DNA of 53,876 nucleotides from Chiloscyllium plagiosum. Its lineage: Eukaryota. Positions 26,048-37,685 of the stretch are shown piece after piece. The notes under the pieces are model-generated. The model was not told where the DNA came from, made no database searches, and saw only the letters and a list, made by a program, of their open reading frames with translations. Location of the stretch: the NCBI RefSeq assembly GCF_004010195.1, contig NC_057718.1:42152296-42206171 (forward strand), written 5' to 3'. Position numbers and translations under genes: made by a program. Each line of letters begins with the position of its first letter. Positions within the stretch are counted from its first letter, which is position 1.

Positions 26048-27829
26048 AGAAGCAGGAAGCCTCCAGGGNATGGAGCGGATAGGTGGGAAGGGAGATTGGC
26101 AGGTAGGACAGGTCATGAGGACAGTGCTGAGCTGGAAGGGTGGAACTGGGGTAAGGTGGCGGGAGGGGAAATGAGGAAACTGGTGAAGTCCACATTGATG
26201 CCCTGGCGTTGAAGTGTTCCGAGGCAGAAGATGAGGCGTTCTTCCTCCAGGCAACGGATGGTGAGGGAGCAGCGATGGAGGAGGCACAGGACCTGCATGT
26301 CCTTGGCAGAGTGGGAGGGGGAGATGAATTGATGGGCCATGGGGCGGTCGGGTTGATTGGTGCGGGTATCCCAGAGAGGTTCCCTGAAGCGCTCTGCGAG
26401 GAGGCGTCCAGTCTCCCCAGTGTGGAGGAGACCGCATCGGGAGCAATGGATACAATAAATGACATTGGTGGATGTGCAGGTAAAGCTTTGATGGGTGTGG
26501 AAGGCTCCTTTGGGGCCTTGGATGGTGGTGAGGGAGGAGGTGTGGGTGCAGGTTTTGCAATTCCTGCGGTGGCAGGGATGGATGCCAGGAGGGGAGGGTG
26601 GGTTGTTGGAGGGTGTGGACCTGACCAGGTAGTCATGGAGGGAATGGTCTTTGTGGAAGGCGGAAAGCGGTGGGAGGGAAATATATCTCTGGTGGTGAGG
26701 TCCATTTGGAGGTGGTGAAAATGTCGGTGAATGATATGGTTAATCCGAAGGTTGGTAGGGTGGAAAGTGAGGACAGGGGGGTTCTGTCCTTGTACAGTTG
26801 GAGGAGTGGGGTTTGAGGGCGGAGGTGTGGGATGTGGATGAGATGCGTTGGAGGGCATTTTCAACCACGTGAGAAGGGAAATTGTGATCTCTAAAGAAGG
26901 AGGCCATCTGGTATGTTCTGTAATGGAACAGGTCCTCCTGGGAGCAGATATGGCGGAGGTGGAAGAATTGGGAATACGAGATGGCATTTTTTCAGGAGGT
27001 CGGGTGGGAAGAGGTGTAATTCAGGTAGCTGTGGGAGTTGGTGGGTTTGTAAAAAATGTCAGTGTCAAGTCGGTCGTCATTAATGGAGATGGAGAGGTCA
27101 ATGGAGAGGTCCAGGAAGAGGAGGGAGGTGTCAGAGATGGTCCAGGTGAGTTTAAGGTCAGGGTGGAATGTGTTGGTGAAGTTGATGAACTGCTCACCCT
27201 CCTCGTGGGAGCACGAGGTGGTGCTGATGCAGTCATCAGTGTAGCGGAGGAAGAGGGCGGAGTGGTGCCAGTGTAACTACAGAAGATAGACTGTTCTACG
27301 TAGCCGACAAAGAGACAGGCATAGCTGGGGCCTATGCGGGAGCCCATGGCTACCCACTTTGAGGAAGTGGGAGGATTCGAAAGAGAAATTGTTAAGGGTG
27401 AGGATCAGTTCAGCCAAACGAATGAGAGTGTCAGTGGATGGGTACTGTCAGGGACATCGGGAGAGGAGGAAACGGAGGGCTTGGAGGCCCTGGTCATGGC
27501 GGATGGAGGTGTAGAGGGATTGGATGTCCATGGTGAAGATGAGGCGGTGGGGCCAGGGAAACAGAAGTCTTGGAGGAGGTGGAAGGTGTGGGTGGTGTCT
27601 CGAACATATGTGGGGAGTTTCTGGACTGGGGGGATGAGATAGTATCGAGGTAGGTGGAGATGAGTTCGGTGGGGCAGGAGCAGTCTAAGACAATGGGTCG
27701 GCCGGGGTGATCAGGCTTGTGGACCTTGGGAAGGAGGTAGAACTGGGTAGTGCGGGGTTCCCGGACTATGAGGTTGGAAGCTGTGGGTGGGAGATCTCCT
27801 GAGGTGATGAGGTTCTCTATGGTCTGGGC

Positions 27830-28263
27830 NNNNNNNNNNNNNNNNNNNNNNNNNNNNNNNNNNNNNNNNNNNNNNNNNNNNNNNNNNNNNNNNNNNNNNN
27901 NNNNNNNNNNNNNNNNNNNNNNNNNNNNNNNNNNNNNNNNNNNNNNNNNNNNNNNNNNNNNNNNNNNNNNNNNNNNNNNNNNNNNNNNNNNNNNNNNNNN
28001 NNNNNNNNNNNNNNNNNNNNNNNNNNNNNNNNNNNNNNNNNNNNNNNNNNNNNNNNNNNNNNNNNNNNNNNNNNNNNNNNNNNNNNNNNNNNNNNNNNNN
28101 NNNNNNNNNNNNNNNNNNNNNNNNNNNNNNNNNNNNNNNNNNNNNNNNNNNNNNNNNNNNNNNNNNNNNNNNNNNNNNNNNNNNNNNNNNNNNNNNNNNN
28201 NNNNNNNNNNNNNNNNNNNNNNNNNNNNNNNNNNNNNNNNNNNNNNNNNNNNNNNNNNNNNNN
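27830..28263. other. Assembly gap (N run)
   Basis: 434 consecutive N. Confidence 1.
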
Positions 28264-30129
28264 AGGGTTCTGGGGGGCAGAGATGGTGACAGTGGGATCT
28301 GTGGGGGGGCGTGTCAGCAGAATGCAGGTGAGTGGCGTTGGTGGGGGCAGAAGTGGTGGTGAACATGGCAGTAGAGGGGGCAGAAGCCGCTGAACGTGTG
28401 ACAACATCGATGACGTGGGGGGAGGAAGTGATGTCACATGTGGTGCATGAGGAATCGTGAGGGGCGGAAGTGGCTGTGGAAGGTCATGATGGGGGTGAAA
28501 GTGATGTCATTGATTACCGTGGGGATGGTATCTGTATCAGCTTCTAAACCCTTCCTATTCATATTTCCATCCAGATGCCTTTTAATTGTTGTAATTGTAC
28601 CAGCCTCTATCACTTCCTCTAGCAGCTCATTATATACATGCACCACCCTCTGAGTGAAAAAGTTGCCTCTTAAGTCCCTTTTAAATCTTTCCCCTCTCAT
28701 CCTAAACCTCTGCCTTCTAGTTCTGGACTCCCCCACCCCAGGGAAAAGACCTTGTTTATTTACCATGATTTTATAAACCTCTCACCCCTCACCCTCCAAT
28801 GCTCCAGGGAAAACAGCCCCAGCCTATTCAGCCTCTTCTTGTAGCTCAAATCCTCCAATCCTGGCAATATCCTTGTAAATCTTTTCTAAACTCTTTCAAG
28901 TTTCACAAAATCTTTCTGATAGGAAGGAGACCAGAATTGCACATAATATTCCAAAAGTGGCTAACCAATGTCCTGTACAGCCGCAACATGACCTCCCAAC
29001 TCCTGTACTCAATGCTCTGTCCAATAAAGGAAAGCATACCAAGCGCCTTCTTCACTATCCTATCTACGTCTTAAGTATAACACAATTGGAAAGAAGTCTT
29101 AATAACTGTATTAGATGTTCAGTTGGATCAGGCTAAAAGAAAACCTATGTTTACTTTCCTAGAGTTCAGGTGTGGAAAGGTTATTGAGTTAGACTACCTG
29201 TCTTGAGGAAAGACAGTAAGAAGCAATCAGATCTGGTGAACGTTTGAAAAGTCACTGAAAGAAAATGCTTGTTACCTCTTCTGATCAATAAGAAGTAATA
29301 AAATGAAGATAGGAGTAATACTTTCCTGGGGTTAAGTGTCTGGAAAGGATATTGCTGTGAAAAGGAGTTGAATTTTTGTTTTTGCTGTATAGGATAAGAC
29401 TTTCACAAATTGTCTTTAGATGTGTATTTATTTTTCTTTTTTTTAAGTGCACTTTTGTTAAAAGTACATTGTTCACTTTGTGGGAATATGTTCAGTGACT
29501 CACCTTGACGGTAACCAAATTGCAATCATGAAATTGATGGTCTATCAAGCCATTTTTCACTCTAGAAGTTGACTTGTACAGAATTAAGATCTGCTGGAAT
29601 CATACTAGTGACACAAAGCTACATTAATGAACAAAATGTTACTTGAGAGGCAGCAGAAAGATATCCAGTATGTAGTGAGACAAACTGCACATACAGATTT
29701 CCATTGGCTCATCTCACAGATAGCTTATTAGCATTTTTTTTAATCTCAAACAGGATAAAATCATTCAAGTGACTCAAATTTCCCTTCGGCAAACCCAAGT
29801 ACAAATCTCAACAGCATTTTAATTCATTATATATTGAAATATAATTATCTTTCCTGAAAAGGTTTTCAAGACAATATTTTTAACTTTAATTTTCCCTGTA
29901 TGTTCCATATTATATTTCATTTTACACTAGCTATATAAAACTTTCTTTTTTAAGTGGGACAGGTAAATGATTGTTGTCTTTAAACCAACAATATTCACCT
30001 ACCAATATTTGACTTAGAAGTTGTTGTTATTATAAGGAAAGACAATATATCTCTTCAAAATCCTTTTCACAAGAAAACCACACTTTGTGGCTGATGAAGC
30101 TCATCAAGACTGTGGCAAGCAGGTTCAAG

Positions 30130-30290
30130 TTATCAGCTAGGCATGGGATTCAAACATATGATCAAAGGGTTACAACTAGTATGGTCCCACAGGAATCAGT
30201 CCTGAGGCTTCTGCTATTCATAATCTTCATAAATGACCTTGGGAAGCAGAATAGCTTAGTTTGCTGACATTACAACATTTTGAGGAAAAG
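30130..30290 (+). mobile_element. Old CR1 RT fragment
   Basis: VTTSMVPQESVLRLLLFIIFINDL followed by a FAD-like codon run (similar to SGVPQGSVLGPLLF..INDL..FADD). Confidence 0.75.
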
Positions 30291-30907
30291 CAAGATGTGT
30301 CACAGAATCGCATTATTCTGAGTAATACAGGGTGACTTAACAGATAGATGATTAATTAGCAACCTACATTCCACAATAAAAACAAAGTAAAATATATGCA
30401 CAGAAAGGTAATTAAATCAATACTATCTTACATTAGGTGAATTAAGAGAATGATTTCTATGTAAAAGCAGCAGGTATTTTAATCTGAGCCTCAGACTATG
30501 TTTGTTTGGAAATAAGATTGTTGGAGACTATAGATGCAGGTATATCTTAAGTTGATCACAGAATCTATAAGTTCTTACATTGCTGAGAATAAATTTGTGT
30601 GGCAAATACTATCTATTGAGATAGTAGGGACAAATGGTGGGATTCTAATGAAATATTATCCACCTGAAATATTGGCTAGCAGTCCTTTGAGAAAAAGCAG
30701 TTTTTGTTTACACATGTCCATGAATTCTCCTGACTGAACACATATTTCTTGCTGGGTCTTCTGTACCCAATTTTGACAGAAATATGTAGCAAACCATCAC
30801 TTGGAGAACTCCATGGGATCGAGATAGAGTTAGAAGAAGTCAGGACACATTCCCTCTTTATGACAATAGCAGCTAAATGATAAGCTTTAAAATCCAATGT
30901 GAACACT

Positions 30908-30950
30908 AGTGAATGGATGAGTGAATGGATCAGTGAATGAATGGATAGGT
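30908..30950 (+). repeat. Short imperfect tandem repeat (agtgaatggatg-like unit, ~3 copies)
   Basis: agtgaatggatg agtgaatggatc agtgaatgaatggat. Confidence 0.8.
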
Positions 30951-31719
30951 AGTTGAGGTACATAAGTGGGTAGTTGGGTAATTGGGAGGATAATCAGGGC
31001 CTAGGGAATAGGAATGTCAGATCAGAAGGACTGTGGTAGTCAGGAGGGTCAGTTAGAGTAATTGTGTGAATGGAAGGTAACTTGGTTTTGGGAGGGTCAG
31101 GTCAGGGTCATATTCAGGGGAGTCAGATAAGTAAACAAGGAACTTCTTGAGTTAGGGGATCAGGGACTTATTTTAGGGGGTGGACAGTTCTGAAATTACC
31201 AAGTCTAAATTTTTCTGGGTATTGATTTAGATAAGTACATTGGAACTGTCTGAACGCTTTGCTTATAGCTCAGAATCATTAACTTTTAGCAAGCAATCCT
31301 GGAGAGTAGGGAAATCACCAATTGGAACTTGAAAACTCCTGAGCAATTTCCATGTAGGAACATGAGTCAGGATTTCCACAAGGTCCTGACATCAGTCTCA
31401 GTCCTATTTCTCTGGTCTCTGACAATCCAGAGACAGGATGATTTGGCTCAATTACTCTGTTTCCTCTATCTATGGATTCTGCTCAACCTCTTGAGCTCTT
31501 TCCTGCACTTCTATTTCAAACTGCATCTGTAACATCTTGCTTTTGCTTGAATAATGGAGATGTGATGATAAAGAATAATCTAAAGTTTGTTTGATAACCT
31601 TCATAAAATCGGCCAACATTTGTGCTTTCATTTTTGGAGGTTAGATAAATGGAGTAAATTCCATTGTCAATTTTTTCTTTCCTGGACTGCAGTTGCTGTT
31701 CCAGGATTTGCTTCTCCTG

Positions 31720-32200
31720 ATGCACTATAGTTAAGTTTTATTCCAGATTAGCCGCTGACCCATCTTGTTCCTAAAGCTGTTCTGAATGGTTCAAATGTTC
31801 TTGGTATTTACTATTCTGTTCCTAGTGGTGCGAATGATCACTTACTTAAAAATTTCACTTGTTTGCTCCCCATCTGAAAAACCACACAATGAGCTGTGTT
31901 CTCTGTATCTGCTCACACAGTGGTCCGTGGGTACTGTAGGCTTCTGTCTAAATTACATGAATTCTAGTTAAAAAATATGGAAGTTTAATCTGACCTATGA
32001 TAGGTCTTCTTATATAATCCATATCTTTTGGGAATCTTTTAGCTTTTTGTCTGTTAATCTTGATGTATTTAGCCTGTGTATAGCTTTGTTCTGAATCGCT
32101 AAACTAATCTTAGTGGCTTGCTCTTCAACACTGGATGCACATGAATCTAAAAACCTTAACTCTATACGCCATTGATTCTTGTTCAGTTTGTTGTCAAAAG
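31720..32200 (-). pseudogene. Degenerate LTR-retrotransposon gag relic
   Basis: Minus strand reads EEQATKISLAIQNKAIHRLNTSRLTDKKLKDSQKIWII*EDLS*VRLNFHIF*LEFM*FRQKPTVPTDHCVSRYREHSSLCGF, which resembles the Gypsy gag RQxxxESxDxF..R..A..CxF motif. Confidence 0.6.
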
Positions 32201-32639
32201 GCAGGAGGTGCTCTTTCCTACAATGGCATCAGAAGGGCTTCTTACCTGAAGAAGACCAGTTCTAACACAGGCCACAGAAGTACGCAAATTTGGGCTATGA
32301 ACTGGATCAATGCAGAAAATGGATCAATGACATACACAGATCTGCCAGTGTAAGTACTAATGTCATATCTTTGGAAGGAATCTCTCGTAAGTTCATCAAA
32401 AGCAAATATATGAGTGGCCAGCGATGCCGGAACAGTGAATATGTGATTGGCCTTAGTGACAATTAAGACATAAAACATGGGAAAGTTTGGCTTTTGAATG
32501 TGCTTTTTTGCAGAGTTTGGGTAACAGGTCAGTATGTATGATTCACGCAGACAAGGTATTACTTGAAATGTCACTAACTCAGTGAGGGAGAAGAGATAGC
32601 CAGGAGATCAGAGGATCAGTCTCAGGTGCTAAACCTGAG

Positions 32640-32765
32640 GAGAAAGAGAGGTCTGCAGATGCTGGAGATCAGAGATGGAAATGTGTTGCTGGAAAAGCGC
32701 AGCAGGTCAGGCAGCATCTAGGGAACAGGAGAATCGACGTTTCGGGCATTAGCCCTTCTTCAGGA
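32640..32765 (-). mobile_element. 126-bp Penelope-derived mini-element with perfect 11-bp TSD
   Basis: ctaaacctgag at both 32629-32639 and 32766-32776. The body matches the terminus of the PLE at 25951. Confidence 0.9.
32731..32765 (-). ncRNA. Minimal type I hammerhead ribozyme motif (intact core)
   Basis: UC CUGAAGA A GGGC-UAAU-GCCC GAAA C GUC/GAUUC. Confidence 0.8.
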
Positions 32766-34827
32766 CTAAACCTGAGCAGAGGAGAGGACAATTGAGGTCC
32801 ATTGCATGTGCTGAGGCTGGATTAGCCAGGCATTTAGAGGTAAGCAGAACAATCCTAGTCATCCATTGTCAAATGCACAGTCTTGACCTTTCTCTTCAAT
32901 GGCACCATTTCATGCTGGCTCAGAGCTGCACTGCTTCCCTGTTCCACTTCATCGGCCGTCTCATTCAACATGCTAACAAGAAACGTTTTTTTTCCTTTCA
33001 GGTATCAAGGAACACAAGATGCAACCATTCAGAGATACCACTGCCCTCTGGAACCTCCCTTCCCTCCCCTTCCCTCTAACTCCACCTTCCTCCAACCCTC
33101 TATCATTGTATTTACTATCCTTTTGAACTTCCGCTCTCTGACGCTGCATGTTCTGTACTCAGCAAAGCTCTCAGTTTTATCTGTCTGCATCTCCATTTTA
33201 ATTAATTTCAGCACGACATGACGTTGAACCTTTCACCTGTCATCTCATTTCTCTGAACAACAGTCATCTCCCCATCCCCCAGATCCTTTCGTCCACCTTC
33301 AACACTCTCCCTCCACCTGGACCCCTCCCTCTGGCCTTTTACCTACATTCAACCTGTTCATTGAGAACTGTGAACGTGACATTAGTCACCTCAATTTCTC
33401 TATCCCACTCACTCATTCCAACCTATCTTCATGTTAACTGACTGCAGTCCCTGCTGTTGGATCCAATTCCAGCTTTGTAATTAAGCCTACTGACAAAGGT
33501 GATGCTGTTATTGTCTGGTGGACTGATCTGTACATTAAAGAAGCTGAGCGCCAGCTCTCAGATACCTCCTCCTATCTCCCCCTGGACCATAACTGCACCA
33601 TGGAACATCAGGCCTTTGTGTCCATTATGGTCACTAACCTCATTCATCCGGTTATCTCCCCCCACTGTCTCCAAGCTGATTATCCCCCAAACCCAGACTG
33701 CCCACTTATACCTACTTCCCAAAATATACAAACTGGACTGCTTGGCAGATCCATTGTTTCTGCCTGCTCCTGCTCTACAGAATTCAAGTTTTCCTACCTC
33801 AACTCAAGTTTTTCTCCCCTTGTCTAGTCCCTTCCCATTAACATCCACATTTCTCTGATGCTTTACATCAGTTTCAGAATTTCCAGTTTGCAGGCACCAA
33901 CTGCTTCCTCTTTACCATGGTTGTGCAATCCCTTTACATGTCCATCCTCCACCAGGATGATCTCAGAGCTGTCTGCTTCTTCCTGGAAAATAGGCCTGAA
34001 CTGTCCCCATCCACCACCACCTGGCCAAGCTCATCCTCACCCTGAACAACTTGTCTTTTAACTGCTCTCACTTTTCGTTAAGTCAGAGAAGTGGCCATGG
34101 GTATCTACATGGGCCCCAGTTATGCTTGTCTCTTTGTGTGTAACATGGAACATTCCTTCTTCCAGTCCTACTCCTCAATTACAAACCTTTCTCTGGCTTA
34201 TCAATGATATCATCTGTGCTATTTCCCTTTCTTGTCCAGAATTGGAAAAGTTTATCAATTTTGCTTCTAATTTCCACCCAGCTCTCATTTTCACCTGGTT
34301 CATCTCTGACTTCTTCCCTTCCTTGACATCTCTATTTCCATTACTGATGTTAGGCTGCCCACAAATATCCACTACAAACCAACAGACTCCCACAGTTAGC
34401 TTGACTGTATATCCACACATCCTGCTTCCTGGGAAGAATGAATTTCATTCTCCCAGTTCCTCCATCTCTGTCAAATCTGTTCTGATGATGCCAACTTCAA
34501 CAAGGGGGCCTCCGAAATGTCCACTTTCTTCTTCAACTGAGGATTCCCGAGCACCACAGTTGACAGTGCCCTCAGCAGGGTCCAATCCATTTCCTACACT
34601 TCATCCCTCACCCCTCTCTTCCCGTCCAGAATAGCACCTACCATCCCACCAGCATCCACATCATTAGCCACCAACTCCAGGAATGCCATCATCAGGCATA
34701 TATTCCCCTCCCCTGCCGTGTCAGCCTTTTGCAAGGACCATTCCCTCTGGGACACCCTGGTCCACTCCTCCTTCACTCCCAACATTCCCTACAGCCACAT
34801 GCCACCTTCTCCTGAAACTGGAGAAGG

Positions 34828-36206
34828 TCATAGAGTCATAGAGTCATAGAGATGTACAGCATGGAAACAGACCCTTCGGTCCAACCTGTCCACGCCGACC
34901 AGATATCCCAACCCAATCTAGTCCCACCTACCAGCACCCGGCCCATATCCCTCCAAACCCTTCCTATTCATATACCCATCCAAATGCCTCTTAAATGTTG
35001 CAATTGTANNNNNNNNNNNNNNNNNNNNNNNNNNNNNNNNNNNNNNNNNNNNNNNNNNNNNNNNNNNNNNNNNNNNNNNNNNNNNNNNNNNNNNNNNNNN
35101 NNNNNNNNNNNNNNNNNNNNNNNNNNNNNNNNNNNNNNNNNNNNNNNNNNNNNNNNNNAGTGGCCTAACCAATGTCCTGTACAGCCGCAACATGACCTCC
35201 CAACTCCTGTACTCAATACTCTGACCAATAAACGAAAGCATACCATACTCCTTCTTCACTATCCTATCTATCTGCGACTCCACTTTCAAAGAGCTATGAA
35301 CCTGCACTCCAAGGTCTCTTTGTTCAACAACACTCCCTAGGACCTTACCATTAAGTGTATAAGTCCTGCTAAGTTTTGCTTTCCCAAAATGCAGCACCTC
35401 GCATTTATCTGGATTAAACTCCATCTGCCATTTCTCAGCCCATTGGCCCATCTGGGCCAGATCCTATTGTAATCTGAGGTAACTCTCTTCGCTGTCCACT
35501 ACACCTCCAATTTTGGTGTCATCTGCAAACTTACTAACTGTACCTCTTATGCACGCATCCAAATCATTTAGGTAAATGACAAAAAGTAGAGGACCTAGCA
35601 CCGATCCTTGTGGCATTCCACTGGTCACAGGCCTCCAGTCTGAAAAACAACCCTCCACCACCACCCTCTGTCTTCTACCTTTGAGCCAGTTCTGTATCCA
35701 AATGGCTAGTTCTCTCTTTATTCCATGAGATCTAACCTTGCTAATCAGTCTCCCATGGGGAACCTTGTTGAACGCCTTACTGAAGTCCATATAGATCACA
35801 TCTACTACTCTGCCCTCATCAATCTTCTTTGTAACTTCTTCAGAAAACTCAATCAAGTTTGTGAGACATGATTTCCCACACACAAAACCATGTTGACTAT
35901 CCTGGATCAGTCCTTACCTTTCCAAATACTTGTATATCCTGTCCCTCAGGATTCTTTCCAACAACTTGCCCACCACTGAGGTCAGGCTCTCCAGTCTATA
36001 TTTCCCTGGCTTGTCTTTACTGCCCTTCTTAAACAGTGGCACCACGTTTGCCAACCTCCATTCTTCCGGCACCTCACCTGTGACTGTCGATGATACAAAT
36101 ATCTCAGCAAGTGGCCCAGCAATCATTTCTCTAGCTTCCCATAGAGTTCTCGGGTACACCTGATCAGGTCCTAGGAATTTATCCACCTTTAACCATTTCA
36201 AGACAT
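34828..36206 (-). mobile_element. Young CR1 LINE, 5'-truncated
   Basis: (catagagt)3 tail. ORFs contain GPDQVYPRTL, WRLANVVPLFKKG, SCLTNLIEF, YMDFSKAF, SGMPQGSVLGPLLFVIYLNDL and KFADDTK. Confidence 0.95.
35009..35158. other. Assembly gap (N run)
   Basis: 150 consecutive N. Confidence 1.
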
Positions 36207-37317
36207 TGTAACATCTGTCCTGTTTTCTTCCTCCCTCCTCAATATCCAAGGGCCCAAACACATTTTCCAGGTGATGCAGCATTTTCCCTGCACTTCACTT
36301 AATCTAGTGTATCATTTGAGCTGCTCACAATGCTGTCTCCTCTGCATTAGGGAAACAAAGACTGCGTGACCGCTTCGCTGAATACCTATGTTCTTTCCGT
36401 AACAAAAGACTCTGAGTTCCAGTTGCCTTCAACTTCAACACACCACCCTGTTCCTTGGCCAATATCTCTGTCTCAGGTTTGCTGCAGTACTCCAATGAAG
36501 TTCATCTCAAACTGGAAGAACAGCATCTCATTTTCTGCTTGGGAACTCTAAAGCCTTCTGGACTCAGTATCAAGTGTAACAATTTTAAGGCTTGAGGTAT
36601 CTTCGCCCACGTCCTTACACAACACCCATATGCCAAACCTTGTGAGCCACTAATAGTCCCTAATGGTAGCTATTCATTCTCCTATCCACTCCTTCATCTG
36701 TCCAACTGTTCTTCTCTCTCTTTGGGATTTAGCTCCACCTATCGTTTACTCCTTAACTCCTCCCCCAACCCTATCTTCTGAATAAAGCCAACATATTCCT
36801 AGCTGCCAGCAGCTCTGAAGAGGGTTGCTATATGAGAAACGTTAACTCTGATTTTTTTTTCCAACAATGCTGCGCAACCTGCTGAGCTTTTCCAGAAATT
36901 TCAGTTTTTCTTTCTGAGAACAATCCTGGTAATGCTTTATGAGCACAACAAGCACACAATAAGATATAAAGAATGACTAGGGTAAGAGTTCTGAATGCTT
37001 TTATTCTCCACTTCAAGTCATATCCAAAAAAGATCAAGGCTCCACAATACCAAAAGTTAGAAGACTCCATCTTTGAGGATGGAGAAGCCAATATTTCAGA
37101 GGATGCACCCCTGCCAGCACAGTTACTCTCACTTTGTCTGCAGAAAGCTCAGATATAGATTTTGGAGTACAGCACAGAAACATCCCAGCAGCTAAGGGAG
37201 TCTGTAACAGCTGGGTCCACAGACAACTGGAAGAATCCTGGGGACTAAATCCTCCTAAGCGTCATTCTTATGATTGGCTTACGGTCAAAGTTATAAGAAA
37301 TTACAACATACAACAGA

Positions 37318-37685
37318 CAAGCAGGAGGCTGGAAGAGCACAGCAAGCCAGGCAGCATCAGGAACCCTGCCTCCTCTCTTTCATCCCTCCAAACGACTCCT
37401 CCTTCCAGCGACCAAAAGGATTCATTCCTCCTCTGTAACTACCAGGTCATACCTACTACCTGTATTCACCTATTTCCACCTCAGCACTCCACCTCTCTTC
37501 CCCACCCATAACCCTCCCCCCGCTACTTTATCAGCAACTCCTCCTACCCCCACTCCCATTCCTGAAGAAAGATTATACCCAAGACATCGGACATCTGCAT
37601 CTCCTGACGCTGCCTGGCTTGCTGTGCTCTTCCAGCCTCCTGCTTCTCTATTTTGGATTCCAACATCTGCAGATTTTTTGTCTCG
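37318..37685 (+). mobile_element. Penelope 3' terminus with short inverted copy at its 5' side
   Basis: aagcaggaggctggaagagcacagcaagccaggcagcatcagg is inverted at cctgacgctgcctggcttgctgtgctcttccagcctcctgctt. Decayed hammerhead attcctgaagaa...cccaagacatcg. Possible decayed TSD aacatacaacaga/aacatgtagcaga. Confidence 0.8.

Larger units (their letters stand above)
25951..28541 (-). mobile_element. Penelope-like retroelement (RT + GIY-YIG), frameshifted, spanning an assembly gap
   Basis: Motifs [18 protein letters not shown] and MGSRIGPSYACLFVGYVEQ, a C-terminal GIY-YIG-like region, ERLIFCLGTLQRQGIN, and a terminal hammerhead motif. Confidence 0.92.
25838..29067 (-). mobile_element. CR1 LINE 3' fragment in two parts (25838-25950 and 28542-29067)
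   Basis: Breaks at tatccctcta (25950) and resumes tctaaacccttcctattc (28543), exactly collinear with the intact copy at 10781. Confidence 0.9.
25511..29607 (+). mobile_element. Old solo LTR split into ~25511-25837 and ~29068-29607 by nested CR1 and Penelope
   Basis: The 3' part (aatatgttcagtgactcacc ... tctatcaagcc ... gctggaatcatacta) is homologous to the end of 15714-16498. The 5' boundary is tentative. Confidence 0.5.
32860..36912 (+). mobile_element. Older Penelope-like retroelement, split by CR1 at 34828-36206
   Basis: IKPTDKGDAVIVW, LYLLPKIYK, AMGIYMGPSYACL, INDIICA, LEKFINFASNFHPAL. After the CR1 come NLVYHLSCSQCCLLCIRET..RDRFAE (GIY-YIG-like) and a terminal ctgaagag...gaaacgttaac. 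Confidence 0.88.

Noticed and set aside
26040..27642. Long Pro/Ser-rich and Gly/Val-rich ORFs (up to 315 aa)
   Set aside because: They are alternative or antisense frames of the C-rich Penelope element.
27494..28437. ORFs of 179-290 aa
   Set aside because: Artefacts of reading through the N gap.
36810..36850. Hammerhead at the end of the older Penelope as a functional ribozyme
   Set aside because: CUGAAGA and GAAAC remain but stem II no longer pairs, so it is treated as decayed.
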